Below the pieces are notes generated by a model. The model searched no databases. It saw nothing but the letters and a program-made list of their open reading frames with translations, and was not told where the DNA came from. From positions 1 to 64,000 of IMG/VR virus record IMGVR_UViG_3300045970_000591: a stretch of DNA of 64,000 nucleotides. One strand, written 5' to 3'. Made by a program: the position numbers and the translations under genes. Numbering within the stretch: position 1 is the stretch's first letter; every line of letters begins with the position of its first letter. Source of the DNA: a virus. This document shows positions 46,046-56,205 of the stretch, piece by piece.

Positions 46046-46951
46046 ATGACAACATTTACATCATTTGATACAAAAGTGACTGATCTATTAAGTAAACGCG
46101 GTATGATTCCATCTGTAGGCACCGGCATAAAACATTTTGTTGATTATTTTCGGGCATTCTCGTGGTATGCTCATACCATACATGGCGACGGAGATAATAT
46201 GTTAGATATATTATTAGATGATAACAACTTAATCAGTAATGTTATTTTAGATTCTAATTTTCTTAAACCGTTGGCTAAATTTTATCCATCTGCGCTTTCT
46301 AATAATAATTCCTGGAAATATTTATTTGAAACACTATTAAGATACACCCCTAAGGGTGTTGGTGTAGGAGAACTATGTTTTCCGTTAATTATACAGGGAT
46401 GGTCTTGTATCGGAAATGGGGATGGTACACTATTTCGTGCAGGCGAAATACTTAGGCTAGAACTAAAGAAAAACGGTGCTAGTTTAAAACCTAATAGAGA
46501 AATTCTTCGTGTTCAGAAGGAGTTAAACCGCCGTGTTTTCGAAGGACACAGGGCTGGCCCAGCACGCAATTTTAAACAGCATAGGGACTGGATTAAAACA
46601 AAGCCTTCAGCAGAAACTATATATTTAGAATATTTCCCCAATCTATGGAGAGATTTTAAAGATTCTCCCGATGTAGAGCATATGTGCAAACGACTTGCAA
46701 CTATAGACGACTGTAAAATGTTCTACAATGTTATTGGTACAACAGTTTTAAAACAATATAAACAGATAGACGGATGGTATTCACTTATTGTTATTGATCC
46801 AACCAAGATGTTTATTGCCAATCTAGTTGATATATCCGATATAGGGTTACAGATATTTGGTGATAAGTTAGGATTTCGCTGGATTAGTGATTCAGGTAAA
46901 GATACACAGGCCGTTAGTGATGGATATGTAAATATCACGTTTAAAGAATAA
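46046..46951 (+). CDS. Hypothetical protein, probable PD-(D/E)xK nuclease fold (301 aa)
   Basis: GVGE....GDG......ELK pattern (inference). Confidence 0.5.
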   Translation: MTTFTSFDTKVTDLLSKRGMIPSVGTGIKHFVDYFRAFSWYAHTIHGDGDNMLDILLDDNNLISNVILDSNFLKPLAKFYPSALSNNNSWKYLFETLLRYTPKGVGVGELCFPLIIQGWSCIGNGDGTLFRAGEILRLELKKNGASLKPNREILRVQKELNRRVFEGHRAGPARNFKQHRDWIKTKPSAETIYLEYFPNLWRDFKDSPDVEHMCKRLATIDDCKMFYNVIGTTVLKQYKQIDGWYSLIVIDPTKMFIANLVDISDIGLQIFGDKLGFRWISDSGKDTQAVSDGYVNITFKE

Positions 46952-46958
46952 CACCCGA

Positions 46959-47480
46959 ATGTCCTATCCTATCGCTGAACGCCTTTGTCTTAAACACTTC
47001 ACCTTCCTGTGGCCGCTGGCATATCCTAATAGATCTACCGAATCATATTTCGATCATTATCAAACCGTCGCAGATGGTTCTTGGACAAACCTGGGATCAT
47101 TGCTAGAACATGCTATACATGTTACCGGCAGTATTTCTAAACATAATGCTGCTGGTGAGGATTTTCATGATGAATCAGATGCTAAACTTTCGTCTGTTAG
47201 GATATCCGGTAAGGGCACTAAATACGGGGCACCTATAACTAACCTACACAGGAAAGGTGGCTATATACGGGCAGTTGTGTATGAACGAAAACAAGATAAG
47301 TTTTATTTTTTCTTGATACCTTTTTCAGCATATTTTCATATTTCTAAAACAAGTAACATTGAAGTACCGTTCAATATGGACGGGTCGCCCAAAAAGAAAA
47401 ATAAATGTAAAGTGAATTGGTGGGATTACAATAAAGAAACATTTGACGAAATTTGTGTTCCAGTCGAACGTATTACATAA
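46959..47480 (+). CDS. Hypothetical protein, possible PD-(D/E)xK nuclease fold (173 aa)
   Basis: LEH...GEDF.D.SDAK pattern (inference). Confidence 0.45.
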   Translation: MSYPIAERLCLKHFTFLWPLAYPNRSTESYFDHYQTVADGSWTNLGSLLEHAIHVTGSISKHNAAGEDFHDESDAKLSSVRISGKGTKYGAPITNLHRKGGYIRAVVYERKQDKFYFFLIPFSAYFHISKTSNIEVPFNMDGSPKKKNKCKVNWWDYNKETFDEICVPVERIT

Positions 47481-47484
47481 TATT

Positions 47485-47994
47485 TTAAGTAGATAACAAA
47501 AAGAATAATGTGTTGTCTGACGCCAATACCGAAGTCAGTGTATAAGCATAATAACCCTTATACACTAATATCTCGTCTATCTCTAACTTATTTTTAACAA
47601 ATACAAATTCCGGGACATTATTATACTTTATTATAAGTAGTGGTAGTTTTCCGGCGCTTGTAGAATCTTGTTCTACCTGTTTGATCCACCCATCCCATTG
47701 TGTAACTTCTTTGTTTATAACTGATTGGAATGATGGTGCAGTTTTATAGTGTTTGCACTCGACTGAAAACTTAAAGTTGACAGGGCACATCAGGTCGCCA
47801 AATACTGCATGATCCATATCGTGCTTTTCTACTCTAAATACATTCTTTCCACCAAAATAGGAACCGCTATCCGAGTTTCTACGAAATCCTGTATCTATAC
47901 CTAAAAAATCTTTGAATCTTGCAGACAACAGATTAGCCATTTTTCTTTCAAATGTATTGCCCTTATTCTTTCCGTTTACTTTACCTGTTGCCAT
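47485..47994 (-). CDS. Holliday junction resolvase-like PD-(D/E)xK nuclease
   Basis: KGNTFER....RR..SG....GDL....SVECK motif of Hjc-like phage resolvases. Confidence 0.8.
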   Translation of the reverse strand: MATGKVNGKNKGNTFERKMANLLSARFKDFLGIDTGFRRNSDSGSYFGGKNVFRVEKHDMDHAVFGDLMCPVNFKFSVECKHYKTAPSFQSVINKEVTQWDGWIKQVEQDSTSAGKLPLLIIKYNNVPEFVFVKNKLEIDEILVYKGYYAYTLTSVLASDNTLFFLLST

Positions 47995-48009
47995 ATTATA
48001 ATATCTCTT

Positions 48010-48276
48010 TCAACTTTCTTGTAAATAACCTGTCGCCTTATTCTTTAACAACATGGTTGATTCATCTTCATTTAACTGCGCGTCAATAATTCGATTTATA
48101 TTATATTCTATCTGTTCGATTCTCGGTATCCAGAAGTTATTTCTGTGTGGGCTTTTTAGTTTTAGGAGTAATCTTAAAATTTCGGTGGCTTCTTTGAAAT
48201 CTGTATCTATATCAAGATTTATACCTGCTGTTACCGCCCAGGTTCGATCTAAATCATCTATTTCTTTTAATTTCAT
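48010..48276 (-). CDS. Hypothetical protein (88 aa)
   Basis: ORF in the late leftward unit; MKLKE N-terminus. Confidence 0.6.
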   Translation of the reverse strand: MKLKEIDDLDRTWAVTAGINLDIDTDFKEATEILRLLLKLKSPHRNNFWIPRIEQIEYNINRIIDAQLNEDESTMLLKNKATGYLQES

Positions 48277-48486
48277 TATTTTTCTTTTGTTCGTGTTGGA
48301 GGACTTCTTTACGGAGAGTATTTAATGCCTGGTTCCTTTCTGTTCTATTTGCAATAATGTCTTTCCGAATTTCTTCTAATATTTCGCTATTTGTCTTATT
48401 CTTAAGTTCTTTTATTAATTCTACCATAATAACTCCCTATTTAACATATTTACCATTTGGATAAATATGCTATTAGGGAGAAAGAT

Positions 48487-49068
48487 ATGTATTCGGACGC
48501 TTTCGAGGCTGCGATTAATCATGCCATGTTATATGAAGTCGGTGGATTTTGGAAAATGACCCCAGATGTTGAAGCAGGGCTTATATCTACTCCTCAACAG
48601 CGTAAAGCAGTGGGTTATGTAAATGACCCCGATGACTCGGGCGGCGAAACAAAGTTCGGGGTCGCAAAGAACGCGAATTTAGACTTAAATATAACCGATC
48701 TAACATGGGCACAGGCCAAAGCAGTCTATTACAAGCGATATTGGTTATTAGGCTCTTGCGACAAACTTTCTCCGCGTACCGGTATATTGCACTTAGATGG
48801 ATGCATCAATCACGGTGTAGGCAGAGCAAGTAAGTTTTTACAAAAGGCATTATTGGTAGAGGAAGATGGTAAGATAGGTCCTGCTACCTTAGAAAAAGCC
48901 ACTAATGCAGATCAGATTGTGCTATGCAACGCAATCTGTGATAACAGAGAACAGTTTTATCGTGACATTGCGGCCAATAAACCCACGCAAGAAAAGTTCT
49001 TGGCAGGGTGGCTTCGCCGTATAAAAGAGATGAGGGTTTTTACAACAGATCCCGAATCATTTAACTGA
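48487..49068 (+). CDS. Endolysin, glycoside hydrolase family 108 with peptidoglycan-binding C-terminus
   Basis: GYVNDPDDSGGETKFGV and FLAGWLRR motifs; start at ATG 48487 after GGGAG. Confidence 0.88.
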   Translation: MYSDAFEAAINHAMLYEVGGFWKMTPDVEAGLISTPQQRKAVGYVNDPDDSGGETKFGVAKNANLDLNITDLTWAQAKAVYYKRYWLLGSCDKLSPRTGILHLDGCINHGVGRASKFLQKALLVEEDGKIGPATLEKATNADQIVLCNAICDNREQFYRDIAANKPTQEKFLAGWLRRIKEMRVFTTDPESFN

Positions 49069-49149
49069 CTCAATATTATTAGCCATAGTTGTGTCGCGAT
49101 GATAAAATAGTATAACAACAAAAAGTTGTTCAATAACATTTAAATAATA

Positions 49150-49815
49150 AGTAGATAGCAGGACTGACGCGCCCTGTGAACTTTCAAAGACAAAAGCGTA
49201 AATCTTTCAAATCATTTCAAATCAATATAAATCAGCGCGTTGCGTATCACAGCGGTATGCGGCAAAGACATACATTATAAGGTTAGCGAGCCTAGTTAAA
49301 TATTTCGCAGGCGTGTCGTTCAGAATAGAGCGCAACAGCCAAGTCCGTTGAATGTACATCGGCAAGATCATATGAAAGATAGAGCTACAGAGGCTCGGGC
49401 GAACGGAGGAATCCATGCACGTCACAAGTAAGATGATCGAGTTTAAGTTTGCAGCAGGTATGTGAAAACAGGGTATGGCTTGCTGGTCGTGTAAATATTG
49501 TCTGAAAAGTATTTACATATGCGATGAGGACGTGTGGTGTTACAACACCTTGTCCCCCTTCCGAAACGCTATAAAGCAATAACCTAGCGCGTAGTTGACA
49601 TAATCAATCCAACACTACATAAATATTTCGGTTCAGAGTCTGGCGATGCTGTCAAGCATTTTCGGTATCCAAGGTTTTGGATACCCTTGGTCTGACTTCT
49701 ACCGTCAGGACACTTAAATACCGATCATCTTTCTTAAAAAGTTGTCTGAATAAATGCATCGCTGAGTTTACGAAGCGAAGGCATTTATGAAAGACTTGGT
49801 CTGTAAGACCGATTA
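49150..49815 (+). ncRNA. Candidate large structured non-coding RNA (~660 nt); strand inferred
   Basis: Gene-free gap with several perfect stems (49536-49549, 49664-49685, 49750-49788); no family recognised. Confidence 0.45.
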
Positions 49816-49821
49816 GTTGAG

Positions 49822-50325
49822 CTATATAGTTTTTCTATATATCTTCTTGAGTAGCTTTATTACTTCTGCATTTGTCTCTGCAGGCATAAGTGCTGATGAC
49901 TTAAGGGATATTGAGTATATATGTGAGCCTATAGTGGTCATTGATATGATACCTGAATATTTCTGGAAATACATAGATATGAATGCTGCTATTTGTAATT
50001 CTATATTGCCATTAATGGATACGAATGACTTTGAAGATATATCTAGTGATCTTGAATATTTGATCTCTCCCTTGACTATGCACAGCTCTGTAAGTATTTT
50101 ATCGCCAGTGGGTTCTTTGATAAAAATATGAGCAGGAAATATTTCGATATCTGTGTCTATATCTATACAAATAGCCGAATGAGTTAATGACTGGGTTTTA
50201 TATAAACTCCAATCTATATTCTGTGCATCTAGCAGTCTTGAAAGATCATAGACCCATCTATGCTTAGGGTATCTCTCCCAACATTCTATATCGTTTAAAG
50301 GAATATCAGTTTCTATCGTATCCAT
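49822..50325 (-). CDS. Hypothetical protein (167 aa)
   Basis: ORF coupled by TAATG to the upstream frame; AAGGAG SD. Confidence 0.7.
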   Translation of the reverse strand: MDTIETDIPLNDIECWERYPKHRWVYDLSRLLDAQNIDWSLYKTQSLTHSAICIDIDTDIEIFPAHIFIKEPTGDKILTELCIVKGEIKYSRSLDISSKSFVSINGNIELQIAAFISMYFQKYSGIISMTTIGSHIYSISLKSSALMPAETNAEVIKLLKKIYRKTI

Positions 50326-50558
50326 TACATATACTCCTTTGCATTAGGATTCTGTTCTTTTATCTTTTTGTTTATTACTCTTATTGCCATTTCTCTATCT
50401 GTAAAACACATTCTCCATGCCGATTCAAGTTCTATACCACCTTTCATGAAATAACATATTTCCATTACTTGTTCTTTCAACGCCCTTGTCTCAGCAGCAT
50501 ATGATTTAAGTAGGTCTTGAAGCTGCTCTGGTGGCAGGAAGATTAAAGACCTTATGAA
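50325..50558 (-). CDS. -1 frame extension of gp26 (gp51-like / tail chaperone T-like segment)
   Basis: 78-codon frame (FIRSLIFLPPEQ...ICYFMKGG...KEYM*) that begins at the slippery heptamer A AAT TTT. Confidence 0.6.
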   Translation of the reverse strand, partial: FIRSLIFLPPEQLQDLLKSYAAETRALKEQVMEICYFMKGGIELESAWRMCFTDREMAIRVINKKIKEQNPNAKEYM

Positions 50559-51430
50559 AAATTTACTGGATTAAAATCTATCTCACTCTCCCACGAATGT
50601 CCGCATTTATCGCAGTTGGCAATAAAAGATCTTTTTATACCTATTAGGTTTATTTCTTTTATTAGGTCTGATATTTTATCATATTCGGTTTTGTTAATAT
50701 TATTAAGAAACTCGGCTATAAATGCTCTATCAGTTACATTAATATTATTATTTTCATCTACTACCTTTATAACAGAGTTGCATAGTAGGTCTCTTGTTAT
50801 AACAATCATTTCTTTAAATGCATCCGAAAACATCTTCATTCTTTTATCTTCGTTGATTTCTTCATTGGCTATAGACCTTGATATTTTACTTTGTTCGAAC
50901 TGTGCGTGAAGTCCTTTTAGTAACTCTGGAAAACCGTAAGGCTTAACAAATATACTAACTCCACTGTCAAGATTAACTACATAGTCTTTTTCAAGATATG
51001 TCATGTTATCTATTGAATACTGTAAGTCTAGTTTAAATAAGTGTTGAGTTCCACACGACGGGCAAACTAGTTCTGTTTCAAGCGTATCCTCGTATGTGGC
51101 AAATCTTATAGCAGTGATTAACGCATCAATGTCGTTAGTAAGTAATGCTGTTGCTTTTTTAACGGCAGGCACACAACTATTAATAATCTCGACTAATGCC
51201 TCACCGTTTAGCAGTGCATCGGGGTTCTTTAATAGTAGTTCATCTTTACCTGTCATAGGCATAACACCTATTTCTCCGGTGGTAGTAAATTCTACAACAT
51301 TATCGGTATAGTATGATGTTCCGCTAGGTAGTTTCATATAAAGTTTAATCTGACGGAAATATTGTTTGAGTGGATTGTTAGCTTTTTGATCCATAATGCG
51401 CCTTATTTTATATTTGATAAATAGTATCAA
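50552..51430 (-). CDS. gp26: Baseplate hub assembly protein, gp26-like
   Basis: LPSG..Y, MTGKDE.LLK, CP.CG and C..CG motifs; adjacent to the tape measure gene. Confidence 0.8.
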   Translation of the reverse strand: MILFIKYKIRRIMDQKANNPLKQYFRQIKLYMKLPSGTSYYTDNVVEFTTTGEIGVMPMTGKDELLLKNPDALLNGEALVEIINSCVPAVKKATALLTNDIDALITAIRFATYEDTLETELVCPSCGTQHLFKLDLQYSIDNMTYLEKDYVVNLDSGVSIFVKPYGFPELLKGLHAQFEQSKISRSIANEEINEDKRMKMFSDAFKEMIVITRDLLCNSVIKVVDENNNINVTDRAFIAEFLNNINKTEYDKISDLIKEINLIGIKRSFIANCDKCGHSWESEIDFNPVNFS

Positions 51431-51475
51431 ATATGTATTACTTTTATTTATCTATATACTTAATTGCCGGAAATT

Positions 51476-53992
51476 ATGACTGAAAATGTTTTTATCGCAG
51501 GGTCGAATGCAGGGTCTCTCTTTGGCGCATTAGATGGATATCCTCCCTGGGCCACCGAGGCCACGGCTAACAGAATACAAACTCATTTAGCTCAAAGCCT
51601 GAAAATTCAGAATTTAACGCTGGGTCAGCTTATGAAAAGTGCTACAGGGAAAGGTTCGGCACTATCTCCTGCAGAGGTTAATAAGCTCGATGATGCATTA
51701 AAGCAGGTAATAAATGATGCCGTCGATTTAACAAAAGAGAATAAGAAACGACGTAAGTTTTGGGGCGAAGAAGAAAAAGAAGCCGATCAAATACGCAGAA
51801 GATGGGGTGAATGGAAATCAAATAATGTCATAAAGGTTGCACTATTTGCTTCTTTAATGAAGTTGGGCCAGAGTATTACCTCAACATTTAAAGAAAACTT
51901 CAATACATTTACTAAGTTAAATGAGGCAGGGTTAGCCGTAACAAGTGGATTTGCCGAAGGGACAAGCGGATTCGCTGCATTGCAAGGATTAGTTAAGGAA
52001 GCAGGAGTGAGATATACAGATTTATCGGCTGCTATGATGAAATATAGTAATGCGATAAATTTAATAGGCGTAAAGAAATTTGCCACTACAATATCGGGTG
52101 CTCAACAAGGGCTCAGCTCGTTTGGGTACTCTACAAAAGAGACAGCAGATTTATTGGGTGCAATGACGACTGCACAAATGGCCCATGCCGATGTCACAGC
52201 ATTGACAGATAAAGAAAGAAGCGATAGTTTAGTAAAACTGGGTGGTAGTATATTTAAGCTAACAATGGCAACCGGCATGGCCCGTGGCGCAATGCTTTCT
52301 AACCTAGAATCAATATCAAAGAGTACCGATGCAAACGTGTTGGCTGGTCGAATAGGTAATGAATCGGCGTTAGAGATGGAGACCTTTTTAGCATCATTCA
52401 AAGATCAAAATATAGCTAAACAGATTCTGAAGTTAATGTCTGACCCTATCAAGCCATTAAATGCTACGTTTATGAATTTACAAAAAGCAGGTATGGGCGG
52501 CTTCGCACAAAAGTTTACTGCCTTTACAAATACCTTGGGTGATATGCCTGCAGATTTGAAAGCCCAAGAGATGAAGTCTTTTGTTGCAGCAAACAGAATG
52601 GAATTCAGTGTAAAAAAACAACAGCTTGCCCTACTCGCCCAAGCAGGATCAGCCGAAGCACAAGCATCCTTAGACTTTATTGTTTCGTTAGAACAACAGG
52701 CCGATTCTACAAAGGCATTAACAGAAGAAGAGCGAAAATTACGAGACGCTCAAATGAAAACAAATGAAGTGAGGTCTAAGCTATCTACTGCATTAGATAA
52801 GCTATCTGCGAGTTTTCAACTACTATTTGCACCGACAGAAGGTATGATTAAAGGCTTTACGATGCTAGTAGACGGTATTAACTGGGTTGTTACTAAGATT
52901 TATGACATATTCGGCCCTACTGTACTTTCCTGGGCCGGTGCCCTAGTAGCAGGAACAGCAGCAATAGTTGCATTCGCTTCAGGATTCGGCGTAGTCATAG
53001 ACATGTTTGCTAAGTTTAAAGATTGGAGAGGTGGTAAGAAAGGTTCTGCATCAGACGGATGGACTACTTCTTTAGGCGCGGATGGATCCGGCGGCAAAAC
53101 AAAGGGCGGTAAGAAAGGTAAAGGCGGTGGATTGTTAGATGGATTGGGTGGACTTGACGGCGGTATGCTCGAAGGCCTTGCAGCAGGACTAAAGGCCTTC
53201 GGCACAGGCAGTCTTCTCATAATAAAAGGTGCCGCTGTATTAGCTGCCAGTATAACTATTATAAGCGCAGGTATAGCAGCATCGGCATATATAATCGGCT
53301 GGGCATTGCCGAAGTTAGCAGAGGGATTTGAAGCATTTACTAAGGTAGATGGAGCAAACTTAATTAAAGTGGCATTAGGTGTCGGTGCATTAGGCGTAGC
53401 ATTTGGTGTATTTGCCGCAGGTAGCGTAGCTAGTTCGTTCGGAATGGGACTGAGCACAATAGGCAACGGTTTCTCTAAACTGTTCGGCGATGGATCAATA
53501 CTAGACCAACTTACTAAACTTTCTGGCATGGGTGACTCATTACAAGTTACAGCAAGTTCGATGTCGTCTATAGCAACAGGTATGTCTACACTATCTTCTG
53601 CACTATCATCATTTACTGGGTTAAATACATTAAAAGGTATAGTAGAAACAGTCAACAGTATAAGTGTTGTAAAGGCAGCAGCATTTGCTGCGTTATCATT
53701 AACAGGTATAGGATTACCATCTCCTACATCCCCGTCGGGCGTATCTAATCCTACCTCGCCGAGATTAACTACTGTGTCTAGTCCTTCTGCAACACCGGCA
53801 GCAGCAGGTTTGTCGCCACCTTCTAGCGATTCGTCTATACCGTCGAAACCCGGAATAGAGAAGGCAGCAGACAAAACCGACATAAATAGCGTTATAGCAT
53901 ACCAAAGTTCTGTTTTAGAACAAATATTGTTGAGTACAAACAACTTAGTAAGCGTCAATAAAGACATACTAAGAGCATCGAAGAATCGATAA
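51476..53992 (+). CDS. Tape measure-like protein (~838 aa)
   Basis: Long Ala/Gly-rich helical ORF with hydrophobic segments; ATG 51476. Confidence 0.7.
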   Translation: MTENVFIAGSNAGSLFGALDGYPPWATEATANRIQTHLAQSLKIQNLTLGQLMKSATGKGSALSPAEVNKLDDALKQVINDAVDLTKENKKRRKFWGEEEKEADQIRRRWGEWKSNNVIKVALFASLMKLGQSITSTFKENFNTFTKLNEAGLAVTSGFAEGTSGFAALQGLVKEAGVRYTDLSAAMMKYSNAINLIGVKKFATTISGAQQGLSSFGYSTKETADLLGAMTTAQMAHADVTALTDKERSDSLVKLGGSIFKLTMATGMARGAMLSNLESISKSTDANVLAGRIGNESALEMETFLASFKDQNIAKQILKLMSDPIKPLNATFMNLQKAGMGGFAQKFTAFTNTLGDMPADLKAQEMKSFVAANRMEFSVKKQQLALLAQAGSAEAQASLDFIVSLEQQADSTKALTEEERKLRDAQMKTNEVRSKLSTALDKLSASFQLLFAPTEGMIKGFTMLVDGINWVVTKIYDIFGPTVLSWAGALVAGTAAIVAFASGFGVVIDMFAKFKDWRGGKKGSASDGWTTSLGADGSGGKTKGGKKGKGGGLLDGLGGLDGGMLEGLAAGLKAFGTGSLLIIKGAAVLAASITIISAGIAASAYIIGWALPKLAEGFEAFTKVDGANLIKVALGVGALGVAFGVFAAGSVASSFGMGLSTIGNGFSKLFGDGSILDQLTKLSGMGDSLQVTASSMSSIATGMSTLSSALSSFTGLNTLKGIVETVNSISVVKAAAFAALSLTGIGLPSPTSPSGVSNPTSPRLTTVSSPSATPAAAGLSPPSSDSSIPSKPGIEKAADKTDINSVIAYQSSVLEQILLSTNNLVSVNKDILRASKNR

Positions 53993-54006
53993 CATAGAGA
54001 AAACCA

Positions 54007-55767
54007 ATGTCATTTAAAAAATATTTCAAACCCGTTAATTCAGTGTTACCAGTTGCACAACGTGCAGTTGATAATACCGGTGCATATACAGCATCTAACA
54101 AATATAACAGTTGGTTACCAGAAGTGTACTCCGGCCCGCCAGATAGACTGCAACGATACACTGTATATGATCAAATGAATTATGATCACGAAATTAGCGC
54201 AGCACTGGACACTATTGCCGATTTCGGTGCCGAGCCCGATGAAGTAACAAAGTTACCGTTGTTGATAGAATATAACGACGAACCTACTCCTAGCGAAATA
54301 CAGATATTAGAAAAGACTTTAAGTCAGTGGGTTAGGTTGAATAAACTCAATCGAAGATTATGGAGAATGTTTCGCTCTACATTAGTATACGGAGATCAGT
54401 TCTTTTTACGAGACCCCGAAACATTTGAACTTTATTGGATTGATCCAGTTAAAGTAGAAAAGGTTATTGTCAACGAAAGCGAAGGTAAGAAAATAGAAAG
54501 CTATTTCATTAAAGATATTGATTTAAATCAGAAGAATTTAATAGCAACAAATCAACTAAACAAGCTATCTACACAAGCATTTGGATCTAATAGTATTGTA
54601 TTTTCCCCACCAATGGCAGGTAATATGAACTATGTATCGGGTGGGTTTGGCAGTGCAGGTTCTGCTAACTACCAAGACGGAAGTGCTACGGCAGTTGATG
54701 CAGCACACATTGTTCAACTATCGCTTACTGACGGAATGAATATAGCTTGGCCGTTTGGATTAAGTATACTAGAACAAATATACAAAGTTTATAAACAAAA
54801 AGAACTGCTCGAAGATGCTATTTTAATATATCGCATACACCGTGCTCCAGAAAGACGTATGTTCTTTATTGATGTGGGCACAATGCCACCTAATAAAGCA
54901 CAACAATATTTGGAACGTGTTCGTTATGAAGTTCAACAAAAGCGCGTGCCTAGTAGAACAGGTGGCGGTGCCAGTGTTGTTGATTCAACATACAATCCTA
55001 TGTCTATGCTAGAAGATTATTTCTTTGCTGTGACAAGTGAAGGCCGTGGTTCAAAAGTAGAAACATTACAAGGCGGAGATAACCTAGGTGATATCGATGA
55101 CTTAAAATATTTCAACAATAAGATGTTAAGGGCGCTCGGCGTTCCTAGTTCTTATCTACCTACAGGACCGGAAGACGGCACAGCAGCAATGGGCGACGGA
55201 AAAGTAGGTACAGCATTTATTCAGGAGTTTAGATTTTCAAAAGTAGTAACTAGGTATCAACAGCAGATAATAGAGCCTATAGATGATGAGTTTAAGTTAT
55301 TTCTTAAACATAAAGGAATAACAATAGATAATAGCTTGTTCCAGCTTACGTTTACTCCTGCACAATCTTTCTCTGAGTATAGACAGTTAGAACTAGATTC
55401 TGCTCGCATTAATACATTTCAGGCACTTACAGATATATCTTTTGTGTCTAAACGGTTTATTCTTAAAACGTATCTTGGTTGGACAGAAGCTCAACTTAAT
55501 GAAAACGAAGTTATGTGGAAAGAAGAACGTAGTAGACTCTCAAGGCCTTCTGCATCTGCAGGTGGCGGAGCAGGTGGCGGAGCAGGTGGCGGAGGCGGCA
55601 TGGGTGGTATGGGCGGCGGCTCTCCCGCAGCAGGCCTATCCGATGTTGGTATAACAAGTTCCGGAATCGACGGTATGGCACCTCCAGAAGAGGGTGATGG
55701 TATGGGAGATGACGCAGGTGGAGCCCCTGTGTCCGACACAGAAGTAAGCGGGTTCGGTAGTCAGTAA
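54007..55767 (+). CDS. gp20: Portal protein
   Basis: LLEDAILIYRIHRAPERRMFFIDVG, EDYFF, DDLKYF..K motifs of T4 gp20. Confidence 0.95.
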   Translation: MSFKKYFKPVNSVLPVAQRAVDNTGAYTASNKYNSWLPEVYSGPPDRLQRYTVYDQMNYDHEISAALDTIADFGAEPDEVTKLPLLIEYNDEPTPSEIQILEKTLSQWVRLNKLNRRLWRMFRSTLVYGDQFFLRDPETFELYWIDPVKVEKVIVNESEGKKIESYFIKDIDLNQKNLIATNQLNKLSTQAFGSNSIVFSPPMAGNMNYVSGGFGSAGSANYQDGSATAVDAAHIVQLSLTDGMNIAWPFGLSILEQIYKVYKQKELLEDAILIYRIHRAPERRMFFIDVGTMPPNKAQQYLERVRYEVQQKRVPSRTGGGASVVDSTYNPMSMLEDYFFAVTSEGRGSKVETLQGGDNLGDIDDLKYFNNKMLRALGVPSSYLPTGPEDGTAAMGDGKVGTAFIQEFRFSKVVTRYQQQIIEPIDDEFKLFLKHKGITIDNSLFQLTFTPAQSFSEYRQLELDSARINTFQALTDISFVSKRFILKTYLGWTEAQLNENEVMWKEERSRLSRPSASAGGGAGGGAGGGGGMGGMGGGSPAAGLSDVGITSSGIDGMAPPEEGDGMGDDAGGAPVSDTEVSGFGSQ

Positions 55768-56201
55768 TGAAAGCGGCAGAGTTTAGTATACCAGAGTCGC
55801 TTGATAGTGATATACAATCGACAGTAAGCGCTCATGCATCAGAGTTTAGAACAAGGGCAACTATAGGTAATAGAAATGTTGACTTCGAAGCATTAAAATA
55901 TAGCAGTGCCAACAAGTGGGAAATTGCGTTTACAGAGTCGCGCCCAGGTAGGAAATATGTCAGTAAAACAGGGTCGGGGAGCGAATTACAAGTTTTTTCT
56001 TTTGTGATTGCATCTATAAAAGACTTTATTGCTAGATATGCACCAGAGTCAGTTGAGTTTTCATCACACAAAGACGACGGCAACAGGACATCATTGTATA
56101 ACAGAATAATCAATCGTATTAAAATAGATGGTTATCATTTACAAGATGTAGAGTCTGGCACCTATGATGATAGATTTATTATTGTTCGAAATGATAAATA
56201 A
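55767..56201 (+). CDS. Hypothetical protein between portal and prohead genes (144 aa)
   Basis: TAATG-coupled ORF; G.G..LQVF..V...F....P....F......RTSLY pattern. Confidence 0.7.
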   Translation: MKAAEFSIPESLDSDIQSTVSAHASEFRTRATIGNRNVDFEALKYSSANKWEIAFTESRPGRKYVSKTGSGSELQVFSFVIASIKDFIARYAPESVEFSSHKDDGNRTSLYNRIINRIKIDGYHLQDVESGTYDDRFIIVRNDK

Positions 56202-56205
56202 CTGT

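Noticed and set aside
49222-49579. Short minus-strand ORFs in the candidate ncRNA gap
   Set aside because: No ribosome-binding site or coupling, atypical composition, and they overlap the stems.
49150-49815. Calling the structured gap RNase P RNA, tmRNA or a group I/II intron
   Set aside because: The hallmark sequences (GAGGAAAGUCC, tRNA-like ends, P7 or domain V) were not recognisable, and the flanking genes are not split.
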